Below are positions 1 to 11,400 of a DNA stretch of 62,493 bases, one piece after another. Below the pieces are notes generated by a model, which was not told the origin of the DNA, ran no database searches, and saw only the letters and a program-made list of their open reading frames with translations. The DNA is taken from IMG/VR virus record IMGVR_UViG_3300044527_000635, positions 1-62,493 of that record; one strand, written 5' to 3'. Source of the stretch: a virus. Taxonomy: Duplodnaviria; Caudoviricetes. Within the stretch, counting starts at the first letter, position 1; each line of letters begins with the position of its first letter. The position numbers and the translations under genes are program-made.

Positions 1-679
1 TTATGTTTATTTTGGCGTTCTCTGCTGTCGATAAATCTGCATTAGAGAAATTTGAATTAAAATTCTCTATGGTAAAATCAAACGTTTCTTCTCCAGCGGA
101 TAGGTCAACTTGCCTTGGCCTTTGTTGACCCACTGAGTAGATTGGATTCCAATTGATAGAAATTCCATAGGTAAAGTCTAAAACATTATAGAGAGCGGCT
201 GTTCCTGAGACTTTAGTATTCCACGAATGAGCTATTCCTGATCCGCTAGCTAGGTTATTAATTGTAGGCTTATCATTAAGACTTCCAGAAATATTAGAAA
301 AACTAGACAAAGAAACAGAAGCTTGTACTTTTGAGTTAGGGTTTGCTGTTAATGAATATCTAGAAGGATAAAAAGAACCACTTACTCCTGCTAAAGTGAC
401 TTGAACAGGAATATTTGTTTCAGGAAAGCTATTAGTGAAAATACCTGTTTTTAGATAATCGAAACACTTGTATATAGGATCAGAGATATTTGGGAAATAA
501 GTAAACTCGATATTAGTCTCATCTGCTTTAGTCTTAAACATCTGAGATGAGTTTTGTCTTCCGATTGCGTAAGTAGAATTTATACTCCTATTTACTGCAA
601 TAGAAGCGTTCTGAGCCAGAACTAAGCCTGACCCAAAACGCGAATTAAATACTACGTCACACTCATTAAAATATTTCAT
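1..679 (-). CDS. Tail-tube-like protein (3' end runs off the window; not in the supplied ORF track)
   Basis: Manually translated from ATG at 679: MKYFNECDVVFNSRFGSGLVLAQNASIAVNRSINSTYAIGRQ...DFTYGISINWNPIYSVGQQRPRQVDLSAGEETFDFTIE..., open to position 1. It has the same 'aromatic-x-x-G...P' strand pattern twice, as in the other tube paralogs. Confidence 0.6.
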   Translation of the reverse strand, partial: MKYFNECDVVFNSRFGSGLVLAQNASIAVNRSINSTYAIGRQNSSQMFKTKADETNIEFTYFPNISDPIYKCFDYLKTGIFTNSFPETNIPVQVTLAGVSGSFYPSRYSLTANPNSKVQASVSLSSFSNISGSLNDKPTINNLASGSGIAHSWNTKVSGTAALYNVLDFTYGISINWNPIYSVGQQRPRQVDLSAGEETFDFTIENFNSNFSNADLSTAENAKINI

Positions 680-688
680 CCTTTTTCC

Positions 689-1507
689 TTATTTCAGATA
701 ACCCTTGTACCTTACCGTTATTCCTACAGGAGAATTTACACTAGCGGAGAAGTCTTCGGAAACGTCAATAAAATAACATAACGAACTTCCAAAATCAAAA
801 TTTACTGAATTTCCATTAAAGTCTTTAGTTTTAATGTAAAAATTACTAATGTTCTTTATGCTGTATGATAAATCTGAAAGTTTTTGCAGAGCGTAATTAT
901 CTTGAGCTATATTAAATTCACAACTCACCTCAAGAGGATAGATTGTCCTTACAGAAAATGGAGTTGAAGAACCTAAATAATATGCAGCGTTTCTATTAGC
1001 ATTTATATTAAGGTTAAAAGAATTAACTCTATTTGTAATAAAGTCATTAACTCCTATGTCTATCGAATTTGAATTTACCAAAGATGTGGCGTTTGATTGA
1101 TTAAAATTGCCTTGAGAAGCTATAGATCCAGCATCATTATATATTTCAAAATTCGCCCTAACGGTTGGCACTTCTCCAATTTGGGCACCACAAGTATAAG
1201 AAGTCAAATAGCCGCTTTGAAATCCAAATAAGACATTAGAACTTGGATTGTTTTTCTTAGTAATAAATCCGTAGTTACCCGCTTCACCAGTACAAGCTAG
1301 AAAGTCATTGGAAGTAGTCAATAGACTAGTTACAGACAAAGTAGCGCCCTTCGCTCCTTCTGGAGTGTAAAAGCTGCTATTCATACCAAGATACTTGGTA
1401 TGTTGAACTGGCATTTGATAGGAAGCCTGAATATCCTGAACGCCATGAACTTGGCTTTGATTCAAGTAAAAATCCAAGTTCTGTTTGTTTAGTCGAGATA
1501 ATGCCAT
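689..1507 (-). CDS. Tail-tube-like protein (paralog)
   Basis: 272 aa. 'GYLTSYTCGAQIGEVPTVRANF' and 'VNSFNLNINANRNAAYYLGSSTPFSVRTIYPLEVSCEFNI' parallel 'GFLTNYSINAAVGDFPTVSSTV' and 'IQNFSISMGLNRTPLQKLGSKYAFSREIDFPVTISFSV' in 24388..25569. Confidence 0.65.
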   Translation of the reverse strand: MALSRLNKQNLDFYLNQSQVHGVQDIQASYQMPVQHTKYLGMNSSFYTPEGAKGATLSVTSLLTTSNDFLACTGEAGNYGFITKKNNPSSNVLFGFQSGYLTSYTCGAQIGEVPTVRANFEIYNDAGSIASQGNFNQSNATSLVNSNSIDIGVNDFITNRVNSFNLNINANRNAAYYLGSSTPFSVRTIYPLEVSCEFNIAQDNYALQKLSDLSYSIKNISNFYIKTKDFNGNSVNFDFGSSLCYFIDVSEDFSASVNSPVGITVRYKGYLK

Positions 1508-1513
1508 CTTATT

Positions 1514-1544
1514 TTATTATTTACACAAAAAAGTGTAATAATAA
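1514..1544. promoter_or_regulatory. Divergent back-to-back GTGTAA promoter-like motifs
   Basis: TTATTAT-TTACAC-AAAAAA-GTGTAA-TAATAA: one copy faces each of the divergent genes starting at 1507(-) and 1565(+). Confidence 0.65.
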
Positions 1545-1564
1545 GTTGGTAAAAGGTAAAAGGT

Positions 1565-2119
1565 ATGTCTAGTTCAATTTTTAATATTAGTCCATGGAAT
1601 AATTCCACCGTATATAATAAGCACGATATTATCATATACACAGATAATCGGTATTATTACGCTAAAGCCGCTGTGCCCGCGAATAATCCACCAGTTTACT
1701 CTAGCGTTATTTCTAATTCAGATGCTTATTGGGGAGGATTCTTCCAACACCCTGTTGTCAAAAAAGACTACCCATTGTTTATTTGGAAGCCTTCTTATCA
1801 AACTCAAGCCAATTTTGAGCCCAAAGTAGATGTAATAAAATACGGAGATGGCTACGAAAAGAGAGTAAGCGACCAAATTAACTTTAATCTGCTTAATTTT
1901 GAATTAAATTTTGATGGGTTAACGTTAGATGAATGCACTGCTATCCTTCATTTCTTTAGTGCGAGGTCAGCGAAGACAGCTTTTATTTATTATCCATCTG
2001 CGCCGTATACAGTTGCATCTACAGATGCCAAACTATTTGTATGTAGAAGATGGGGATCATCTAATCCATTCTTCAATAATTTCTCTGTAAAAGCTACCTT
2101 CGAAGAAGTACCAGCATAA
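1565..2119 (+). CDS. Lambda gpM-like minor tail (distal tail) protein with N-terminal CBM5/12-like segment
   Basis: 'FIWKPSY...PKVDVIKYGDGYEKRVSDQIN...ILHFFSARSAKTAFIYYP...VKATFEEV' is the gpM signature. The N-terminus 'WNNSTVYNKHDII..YYYAK...PP...YW' resembles a chitin-binding type 3 module. Confidence 0.85.
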   Translation: MSSSIFNISPWNNSTVYNKHDIIIYTDNRYYYAKAAVPANNPPVYSSVISNSDAYWGGFFQHPVVKKDYPLFIWKPSYQTQANFEPKVDVIKYGDGYEKRVSDQINFNLLNFELNFDGLTLDECTAILHFFSARSAKTAFIYYPSAPYTVASTDAKLFVCRRWGSSNPFFNNFSVKATFEEVPA

Positions 2120-2123
2120 TATT

Positions 2124-3251
2124 ATGGCTACTCAACAAGAAAAAAATGCATCTTTAAAAATAAATACAGAGTTTTTCTCTCTTGAGCCTTCTTCAATAAT
2201 CTCTTTATTTGAAATAGATCTAAGTGAAATTGGTTTTACGACTACGGCGAGTTCTCAATTTATTGTTAATCTCAAAAACTTTCAAATAATTTTACCCGGA
2301 GGAGATACTACTCATACTTTTGATTATAGAGTTATTCGATTACATAATAATTTAAAACTTGGAAGGAATATCATTTATTGGAAGAATAAAGCTTATTTAC
2401 CCGCTCCATTAGGGACAGAGGGATTTGAAACAGCTTCAAGAGGAGTGTTTCCTAAACCGAAAGTTCAAATAAGCTTTTCTGATGAGATGCTTGACGTTTT
2501 TAGCCTTTTTAAAGGGGTTGTTAATTTTGGAGATTTAATTGGAGTAAAGTTCACTAGAATCAGAACCTTTGCTAAATTCCTTGACAGAAATAATTTTTAC
2601 CAATCTGATGGAGTAAGTACCCTATCTCCTGACAAATTAATCATACCAGATGGATTTGATCCTGATCCAAATTGCGAATTTCCTAGAGATGTTTATTACT
2701 TTGATAGGAAGTCTTCAGAAAATAAAAATAGCATTCAGTTTGAGCTTTCAAGCGCAATAGACCTAGACAGAGTGAAGTTGCCTAAGAGAAGAGTCTTAAG
2801 TTATATTTGTCCTTGGCAATATAGAGGAGAAGGCTGTCTTTATGAGTACAGCGAAAATTTAAAAGAAGAAATTCATGGGACTACAACTCCAATACCAAAC
2901 AAAAGTAATTCGTCAGGAGAAAATGCGCCGATCTGCGCCACTGAAGACGATCAAATAATTTCTGAAATGGCGATTTTTGGACAGACTACTATCGCAAACA
3001 ATCCAAGCGCTTGGCAATTGTCAAAAAGTTATAAAAAAGGAGAAATAGTTTTTATTACGAAAAACAAGATTAATTTTTATTTTATAGCAAAAACTAATAC
3101 ACCTATGGATGTGCCTCCTCCAAACGGAGAATACTGGATAGCTGATCAATGCTCCAAGAGTATAAAAGGATGTAAAATTAGATTTGGAGAAAATCCTTTA
3201 CCTTTTGGAGGATTTTATGGAGTATCTAATTACAATAGAGGAGTAGGATAA
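2124..3251 (+). CDS. Lambda gpL-like tail tip protein (Fe-S cysteines)
   Basis: 'LEPSSIISLFEIDL', 'RIRTFAKFLD', 'IQFELSSAIDL..VKLPKR', and four Cys in 'CPWQYRGEGC' and 'DQCSKSIKGCKIRFG..LPFGGF'. Confidence 0.9.
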   Translation: MATQQEKNASLKINTEFFSLEPSSIISLFEIDLSEIGFTTTASSQFIVNLKNFQIILPGGDTTHTFDYRVIRLHNNLKLGRNIIYWKNKAYLPAPLGTEGFETASRGVFPKPKVQISFSDEMLDVFSLFKGVVNFGDLIGVKFTRIRTFAKFLDRNNFYQSDGVSTLSPDKLIIPDGFDPDPNCEFPRDVYYFDRKSSENKNSIQFELSSAIDLDRVKLPKRRVLSYICPWQYRGEGCLYEYSENLKEEIHGTTTPIPNKSNSSGENAPICATEDDQIISEMAIFGQTTIANNPSAWQLSKSYKKGEIVFITKNKINFYFIAKTNTPMDVPPPNGEYWIADQCSKSIKGCKIRFGENPLPFGGFYGVSNYNRGVG

Positions 3252-4009
3252 TGATTTGCGACGAAATAAAAGCAAAAATAAAAGCTCATTCATTAAAGGA
3301 AAACCCAGATGAATGTTGCGGTCTTCTGCTTCTAAATAAAAAGAATATACTAGAATCTTTTCCTTGTAAGAATATAGCTCAGGATAAGGAAAATGAATTT
3401 GTTGTATGTCACCTAGATTACTTAAAGGCGGCAATGAATGGCAAAATTGTTGGGATTTATCATTCTCACTGCATACAAGACAACTCTTTCTCAGAGCTAG
3501 ACAAGCAGATAAGCCACAAGCTTAACCTAAAAAACATAGTTTATATACTAAAAAGTGATTCTTTTGAAGAGTATTCTCCAGAAAATTACTATAATAAATA
3601 CGTTGATAAAGATTTTGTAATTGGGGTATCTGACTGCTTATCAATAGTAGAAAACTATTACAATGAAGAATTCGGTATTAAGATTTTCCATTATGAAAGA
3701 ACAGCAGATTGGGATAAGGATTATCCAGAGTTTGTAAAAAATAAATTAGCAGAGTTTTGCGACTCGCAAAATTTTGATAAATTCTTTGAAAAAGAAAATT
3801 TCGTTAAGATCGAAGGAATAGAAAATGCCAGAAAACATGATATCATTGTATTCAAATACCTAGAAAATTACCCTTCACACTTTGGCATTTATCTTGGGCA
3901 AAACCACATTTTACACCAACCAAGAAATAAAAAATCAATCATTGAAAAGCTCACAGACGCAGAGAAAAGAAGAATCTATTGCTTCATAAGGAGTAATCAA
4001 ATATGCTAA
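3251..4009 (+). CDS. Lambda gpK-like tail assembly protein (JAB/MPN + NlpC/P60), copy 1
   Basis: JAB: 'PDECCGLL', 'YHSH-x7-SELD'. NlpC/P60: 'DCLSIV', 'HFGIYLG', 'ILHQ'. Confidence 0.9.
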   Translation: MICDEIKAKIKAHSLKENPDECCGLLLLNKKNILESFPCKNIAQDKENEFVVCHLDYLKAAMNGKIVGIYHSHCIQDNSFSELDKQISHKLNLKNIVYILKSDSFEEYSPENYYNKYVDKDFVIGVSDCLSIVENYYNEEFGIKIFHYERTADWDKDYPEFVKNKLAEFCDSQNFDKFFEKENFVKIEGIENARKHDIIVFKYLENYPSHFGIYLGQNHILHQPRNKKSIIEKLTDAEKRRIYCFIRSNQIC

Positions 4010-4749
4010 CGGAAGAGATTAAAAGCAAAATTATTGAACACGCTAATACTTCTAATAATGAAGTATGTGGGCTTCTCGTACATTCAGAGTCTGGATTAGA
4101 CATAGAAAAGACAGAAAATCTGATTAATTCAGCTACTGAATTTATGATGAATTTTGACGGTCAGTCTAATGTTGCTGCCTATTATCATTCTCATATTAAT
4201 TTTGATGCTATTTCAGAAGTAGATATAATTGTATCTGAAAGATTGGGATTACCATGCATTGTCTACAATAAGCAAAGCGGATCTTTCTACACCTATAATC
4301 CAAATAGTTATAAAATTCAATACACAGGAAGACCTTTTCTTTTAGGCTTTGCAGATTGTTTATGGTTGGTTAGAGACTATTACGCGCACGATTTGAATCT
4401 CCATCTTTGTCCAGAGTTAGAAATTCTTAAAAATAATGTTTCTGAAGAAGAGTACAATAAAACAGCAAGCAAAAGACTTCTAGACGAAGAAGCCGCTTTA
4501 AAAGATAAAGACGACTATTTAAAGAGGTACTTTGAATACAATGGATTCAGGCAAGTTCCTAATTTTAGAAAGAACGATGTTTTAATAATGAGAACAAAAA
4601 GGTTCGATTTCCCAATTCATTGCGCCGTTTATCTTGGAGAAGACATGATTTTGCATCATCCCGGAAATAAACCTTCTCTTACCGAAAAGCTTTCTAACCA
4701 ACACAAAAAATGGGTAATTTATATAATGAGGCATAATCTTTATGACTAA
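4003..4749 (+). CDS. Lambda gpK-like tail assembly protein (JAB/MPN + NlpC/P60), copy 2
   Basis: 'NEVCGLL', 'YHSH...SEVD', 'DCLWLVRDYY', 'HCAVYLG', 'ILHH'. Confidence 0.9.
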   Translation: MLTEEIKSKIIEHANTSNNEVCGLLVHSESGLDIEKTENLINSATEFMMNFDGQSNVAAYYHSHINFDAISEVDIIVSERLGLPCIVYNKQSGSFYTYNPNSYKIQYTGRPFLLGFADCLWLVRDYYAHDLNLHLCPELEILKNNVSEEEYNKTASKRLLDEEAALKDKDDYLKRYFEYNGFRQVPNFRKNDVLIMRTKRFDFPIHCAVYLGEDMILHHPGNKPSLTEKLSNQHKKWVIYIMRHNLYD

Positions 4750-5479
4750 CGTTACTTTACACGGAGAAATAGCAGAATATGTAGGAAGGGAAAATTGGAG
4801 TTTAAAAGTAAATTCTATAAAGGAAGCATTGCGAGCTATCCAAGTTTTGTCCAAGGGTAAGCTACTGGAATATCTAATTGGAGCAGCAGAAAAAAGCGTA
4901 GAGTATAAGGTGATTGTTAATAAAAGAGAGATAATGAATCCAGAAAATATTTCTCTAGAAAAACCAGAGTCTATTCTTAACTCTGAATTAGTAATGATAA
5001 ATGAGAAATTAGAGACTTTAGATATTGTGCCTATTATTAAAGGTGCTGGTGGAGGCGGTAACAGTAGCACCAAAGGAATACTAGCCTTAGTGTTGGGCGT
5101 TATACTAATCGCAACAGGTATTGGAGCAGCAGGGGGAGTTACATTTCTTGGCATGGCAGGAGCCGCAGGAGGAACAGGTGCAACTGTTTTGTCTGCCGCA
5201 TTAATTGGAGCAGGTATCGGATTAGCCGTAACAGGCGTTACTTTGTTAATGATGTCTCCTCCAAAATTTGAAGACTTTAGAAAAATTCAACAAGACGGCA
5301 GCAAGCCAAGTTACTTATTTGATGGACCTTCTAATGTTATTGGAGAAGGCGGACCTGTTCCAATTGGATACGGTAGAATGAAAATTGGATCTCAAACAGT
5401 TGAAGTATCCGTTAACAATGTTGAAATGGACACTAAATCAACAGCAGCAGATGTAAAAGACTCAATTAACTACATATAA
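4742..5479 (+). CDS. Lambda gpI-like tail assembly protein (ubiquitin-like N-domain)
   Basis: 'VTLHGEIAEYVG...SIKEALRAI', 'DIVPIIKGAGGGG', a hydrophobic Gly/Ala stretch, and 'SYLFDGPSN...GGPVPIGYGRMKIGS'. Confidence 0.9.
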   Translation: MTNVTLHGEIAEYVGRENWSLKVNSIKEALRAIQVLSKGKLLEYLIGAAEKSVEYKVIVNKREIMNPENISLEKPESILNSELVMINEKLETLDIVPIIKGAGGGGNSSTKGILALVLGVILIATGIGAAGGVTFLGMAGAAGGTGATVLSAALIGAGIGLAVTGVTLLMMSPPKFEDFRKIQQDGSKPSYLFDGPSNVIGEGGPVPIGYGRMKIGSQTVEVSVNNVEMDTKSTAADVKDSINYI

Positions 5480-5482
5480 AAA

Positions 5483-8400
5483 ATGAATAACTTTGAAGAT
5501 TTTAAATACATAAAAGGCTTTGGCGGTGGAGGCGGTGGTTCGCAATCGCCACAACCAACTGCCGCTTATGAAGACGTTGAAGGATTTGTATATAACGGAC
5601 AGCCTTATGGAGTGTACCAATTTGCAAAAGTAAAAGATCTTTTATCAGAAGGGCCAATCGGTGGACTTCTTGAAGGGCAGTATTTATATTCTGGTCAAGT
5701 TGGCGATTTAGGATTTAAAAAAGTTATTTATAATGAATACTCTTCTGTAGTAGGAGAGAACAGTGAATCTAAATATTTAAGATCTATCCAGTGGAACCAA
5801 ACTCCTCTTTTAGACAGCCAAGAAAAATACAATTTTCAACAAATAAATGTCCAAGTAACTAATGGAACTCCAGAAGGCACTTCATTAGATCAAGGTTTCG
5901 ATAGCGTATCTTATATTCGCTCCATAGGAGAAAGATTAAGAGGCCCAAATCAACTAGCTAGGACAACAGATGAAGTCCTTGATTACCAAAGGACTTACCG
6001 CATATTAAATAAAGAATGTAAAAAAATAAGTTTAAATTTTAGAATATCTTCTCTTTATGTGACTTTGAAATACCAAGATTTAACGGAAGTAAGGGATGGG
6101 AAAATAAAGATAGAAGGAGTTGAATCAGCAACGGCAACTGATTTTAAATTAACCCGCACAGGAAGAGAAACCGAAGATGGAAATCTCGACGCTATAGTCG
6201 CTGGTGCTGGGTCTGTTATACGAAATAAATTCAAAATAAGAATTAAAATCTCTCCAATTTACAATGAAGGATATAACGCTAATCTTCCAACACTTGATTT
6301 AACTTCGAATACTGCTACAATAATTAAAGACAATCAAAATTTAGTAATTGACGTAGACAACGTCCCTAAATTATTCGAAATAGAATCCGATGGAAAAGTA
6401 ACTCAAGGCTATTCTAAGCAAATCATTTTAAACACATCTAATGTTTTTTCTGGATTAAATGAAGACCAAAATTGGGCAGGTTGGGATATTACAGTATTAA
6501 AAATCACTCCAGAAGACACTTTTTCAGCAAGAGCATCTTTTATAAGTTTAGAAAGCATTACTGAAACATACTCTTCTTCGTTTAGATATACTAATTCTGC
6601 AATTGTTACTTCTAAATTTAACGCTGGATATTTTTCTAAAATACCAGAAAGATCATATGATGTTAACTTATTAAAAGTCAAAGTTCCTTTTAATTATAAT
6701 CCAATAACAAAAACTTATGGCATAACTACTCCACTTGCGCCGACCATTACAACAACAATTTCAAAAACAGACGGAGAAACAACAGAAGATTTCTTTTTAG
6801 GAGAAAATGGTAATTATGTAAATGCCGACAATGTCAATCCTCCAATTACAGATGGGTTAATTGCTCAATTTGATGCGAGCAATCCTTCCTTAACTACTTC
6901 GGCAGGAGAGGTAACTAGTTGGCCCAATACCGTAGCTGGAACCATAAAATGTGTCTTAGGAAATGGAACTTACGCAGCCCCTGCTGGAACTACCGCTAGA
7001 CCAAAATATGGATCAAGCCACTCAGAGCAAAGCCCCAATGGAAATTATGGAGTGACATTTGAGACTACTCAAAAAGTTAAATTCATTGGTAACGCAGATA
7101 GTACTGAGGCCATTAGTAAGGATGATTTTACTGTTTTCATTGTATGTAAATGGCATTCTAGCGCTCTAAATACTGAAAGAAATTCTATTTTAGCTTCTTT
7201 TCCTGTTCAACACTATATTTTCGGGCAAACACAGAAAATTAATCGCTACTTCGCAGCGGGTAACACAAATCTTGACATGCCGCAAACGCAAAGTAACATA
7301 CCTAAATTTTCTAGTCGCTCCAATTATTGGGGCGACACAAATGATCCAACTACTTATATCATAGGGCTCACTCAAGATAAAACTTCTTTTTATACAGTAT
7401 TTTGGCAGAATACTATTCGCAGTACCCAGAGGAATACTGTAAGTGTCCTACCATTATTGGGTCTAGCAATAAATCATAATGTCTCGCTTAATAGTAAATG
7501 CACAGTTTTTGAAGTTCTAGTTTATAATCGAAAATTAGCTACATCAGAAAGCATTTCTGTTAGAAATTGGTTGAATAAAAAATGGAATGTTTTGGTTCAG
7601 AATATAACTTCTATTTCAAGCTCGGCTATCCCTCAAGCATTTAATCCTAATGTTTTTGATATACCTTTAAGTAGCTCCATATCAATACCATTAAAAACTC
7701 TTTGCGCTAATGGACAGGCAACAAAAGCTTTCAAATATGAAGGTGGAGATCAAAATATAAACTTCTTTAATAATCCATATTACCAAATGGATTTAATACC
7801 TACTAGGAACTTACAGGTTACTAGTGAAAAAGGTTATTTAAAAGATCAAGGGTTTTCTGGGTGTTATTGTGACTTTTTTATTAAATTAAAAGATATTTCT
7901 TATGCTGGAACTTATTCTTTAATTAATAGAGAGGAGCAATTTAATCTTTCTATGGCTATAAATGGAGAGGTTGTAAGCTTAATACTTAAAATTATTTCTC
8001 CAAATGATGGCAAAATATATACCATAACAAAACAACTAAACACAAGCAAGTACTCGACAACTAAATTAAAAAACACTTTTACAAGAATTACTTTATCCAT
8101 CTTACCAAAAGTAGTAAACCCGAAAGTGACATTTAATGAAGTCGCGAGGGTCGTAGCAAATATAAATCTTAATGACAAAACTTGGGATAAAACTCCCCTT
8201 GTTGATACACAAAAACCACAATTAAGGGATCAAGCCGGTAAACTAGAAGCATCAGTCAAGGGGCTTCCCTCTCTTTTAATACAAGGAGTATCATTCAAGG
8301 AAGACTCCCTTTATAATAGTCAAATAGACAATCTTGCTGCTACTTGTTATAAATACTTTTATGGCACCACGAAAACTTTCCTAGCTACGGGTGGTGGTTG

Positions 8401-11400
8401 GTACATCGGGAAATCTTTAAGTAAAGAATTTTTCCCCAATATACTAAACGCCGAAATAGATGTTTTGTTAAATTCAGAGAAGCAAATTCAATGTAATATA
8501 AATATTGACGATTACAATGCTTACCAAACGCTTTGTATTGGAAATGCAATAAGGCCTTTGGATTTCAACAAGAGAACTGACAATTTATTAGAGAGAGCAG
8601 CTTTACTGCGACTAAAAGGAGACACTCAAAATCAATTACAAGCATATAACAGATTAAGAATAGATCAAACTTTTTTATCAAATTCTGTTACCCTTGAACA
8701 AAACCAAACAGTCGTTTTACTTCCCTTAAGCGCTGCTCAAATATACGATGCAGCAAACGATAAAACTGGGCCATTTATTCCTTCTTATTTCATAACTAAC
8801 AACAAAAAGATAGAAATTTTTAAAGATACTTTTGTAGGATACGCAGACAGTATTAAAGTAAATCAAATTTCTTTTGACAGAATTTCTTTATCAAAAGCTT
8901 TTTCAGGAGGCATAATTTCAGAAGGATATTCTAAAAAAATTAGCGTTTATGACACAGCAGGAGTTTTACCTTATTCTTCGTCAAACGATTATTGGGACGG
9001 GACTTTTAAAGAAGATAAAGAATGGACAGACAATCCTGCTTGGTGTTTTTATGATCTATTAACTAATAAAAGATACGGGGCAGGGAACTATGTTTCTGAA
9101 GCTGATGTAGATAAATGGTCGCTTTATCAAATAGCCAAATATTGCGATGAACTCGTTGCAGATGGTTTTGGAGGAGTCGAACCCAGATTCTCTTGTAATG
9201 TTTATCTTCAAAGTCAAGAAGACGCTCTTAAAGTATTAGCCGACATGGCTTCTGTCTTTAGAGGTATGTTCTATTATTCAAATGGATTTATTTATACAAT
9301 AAATGACATGCCAGAAAACACTCCTGTTTATTCTTTTACTAATTCGAACGTAACGGATGGTAATTTTAATTATGAATCTACTTCACTAAAAGACAGAAAC
9401 TCTGCTGTTTATATTAGATATATTGATAAAAATAATTTTTATAAACCAGCAGTAGAATATGTGGAAAATATTGAAGCATTTAGAAAATTCGGATTTAAAG
9501 AAACTGAATTAACAGCATTTGGATGCACTAGTAGAGGACAAGCCCAACGATTAGGAAGATGGTTATTAGCTTCTGAATATAACGAAACGGAAACCGTATC
9601 TTTTGAAGCAGGTCCAGAATCTGTTTATTTAAAACCCGGAGATGTGATAAAAGTTCATGATTATTACAAGAAGCATAAAACAGTAGGGGGGCGGTTAAGT
9701 AATATAAACATTTCTGGAGATATAAATGTCACTACTGGGACACTAACATTAGACAGAAAACTTGATTTCAATTTTTCTGGTGATCAGAACTATAAATTTA
9801 CTATTGTTTCTCCTAAGTACAACTTAGACCCTAGTTTTAAAGACACAGCGGGGAACAGTATTGTCACTAGTAATCTTGATTATAATGATTATAGGAAACC
9901 TCTTACTAATTCATTTATAGTAGGAAGCGGCAACTTAATTACTGGTCAATATTATGATTCTATAAGAATCACAGGTTTAGCTCCAGTAATGGCTTCTGGA
10001 CTTAATGTAACTGGTTTAGCGTATTTTACAGGCGCTTCGGGAATGTCTCCCAAATCAATAACTTGGGCGTTGGAAAATTCAGGAAATCTAAACGGAACTA
10101 CAGATAGTGATTATGATTTTTATAGAATTTTCAGAATTCAAGAATCTACTGAAGGGACGAACTACACAGTTATAGCGTCTCAAATGTATCACTTAAAATA
10201 TACCCAGATAGAATCTGGATTAAATATTACCCCCGCAAAAGCACCAGCACCAGAAGCCTCTGCTCCATTAAGAGCCTTATTCACTTCGCAGGAGACTAAC
10301 GTAGTGCTTGACATTTTTTATGATTCTTCAATTAAAAATAGCACTATAGGATTTAAAGTTTTTGCAAAAAATTTCTATCAATCAGACTTTGATCCGAATA
10401 AAGACACAAATTTTAAATTTGTTTCAATAGATATTTATGAATCTTTTACTAAAACTACATTAACTAAAAGTCAAGCAAGAGGTTTTATAAGAGTTTATGG
10501 AGTAAATATTAATAATTCTTCTCCTCTTTCTTATGTTGAAGCTGTAGACTCCACAGACGCTTTAAAAACAACTGCTTTTCCTGTTCAAGAAATCAGTTAT
10601 ACAAACGTGATTAAAGCGCAAACTATTGTCAATAATGTGACATACGAATTTGACAATCCTATTGCTTTAAATAGAAATCAATATTTTGCTGTAATTGGAA
10701 GTTCTCTTAATTTTAATATACCTTTAAATTTTATAGATAAAGTTGTTTTTAACAATATTGATTATCCTTATAGAGTAGTAATTATCCCTGAATTAGTAAA
10801 TAGTAAAGGGGCATTTGGGACTGCTTTCGGAAAATATTCCGCTCTTGATCCTGTAACACAAACAGAATATTTAACATTTGATAGTGACAATGCCTCTGAT
10901 AACGGTTATCTTTATAACTCTTTGAGTACTTTTGGTAGGTATAGAAGTTTTTCTTTAGCTATTGATAAAGGAGGGCTAACAGACAAAGGATTCAAAACTA
11001 CATCTGATTCTTTTAAACAAGAAGCAGGATTTCTATTAGTAACCTATGACAATAAAGATGCAGACATAATAGAGTATTTAAAGGCAATCTTGAACGGGGG
11101 TACATATGCAATATATCCAATTAATGGGACCACTTCGCGTCGATTAGTTTTTAACGTTCCAATACTCTCAGATAATTTCGTTAATTTCTTTTATTTATTA
11201 CTAACCCCTATAGAAACAACTTTTTCTTTTACTAAATATTCCATAATTCACGACGATGACGGAGAGCCAAAATCAATAAAACAAGGAAACGATGAAATAA
11301 TTGATTCTCATTTTATAAAAATATCGAAAGATCAATCAATCTTTTATTTTGACAAGGTTCAAGATGATAGTGGAAAAGCTTTTAATTTAGACTCTTATAA

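Noticed and set aside
736-741. Intragenic GTGTAA copies (736-741, 62451-62456)
   Set aside because: They lie in coding sequence and lack the long A/T run of the intergenic copies. The 736 copy could serve the <1..679 gene, but this cannot be supported from sequence alone.
6722-8992. Intein in gpJ
   Set aside because: No N-terminal Cys/Ser block, no terminal His-Asn and no LAGLIDADG motifs; the content is lectin-like.
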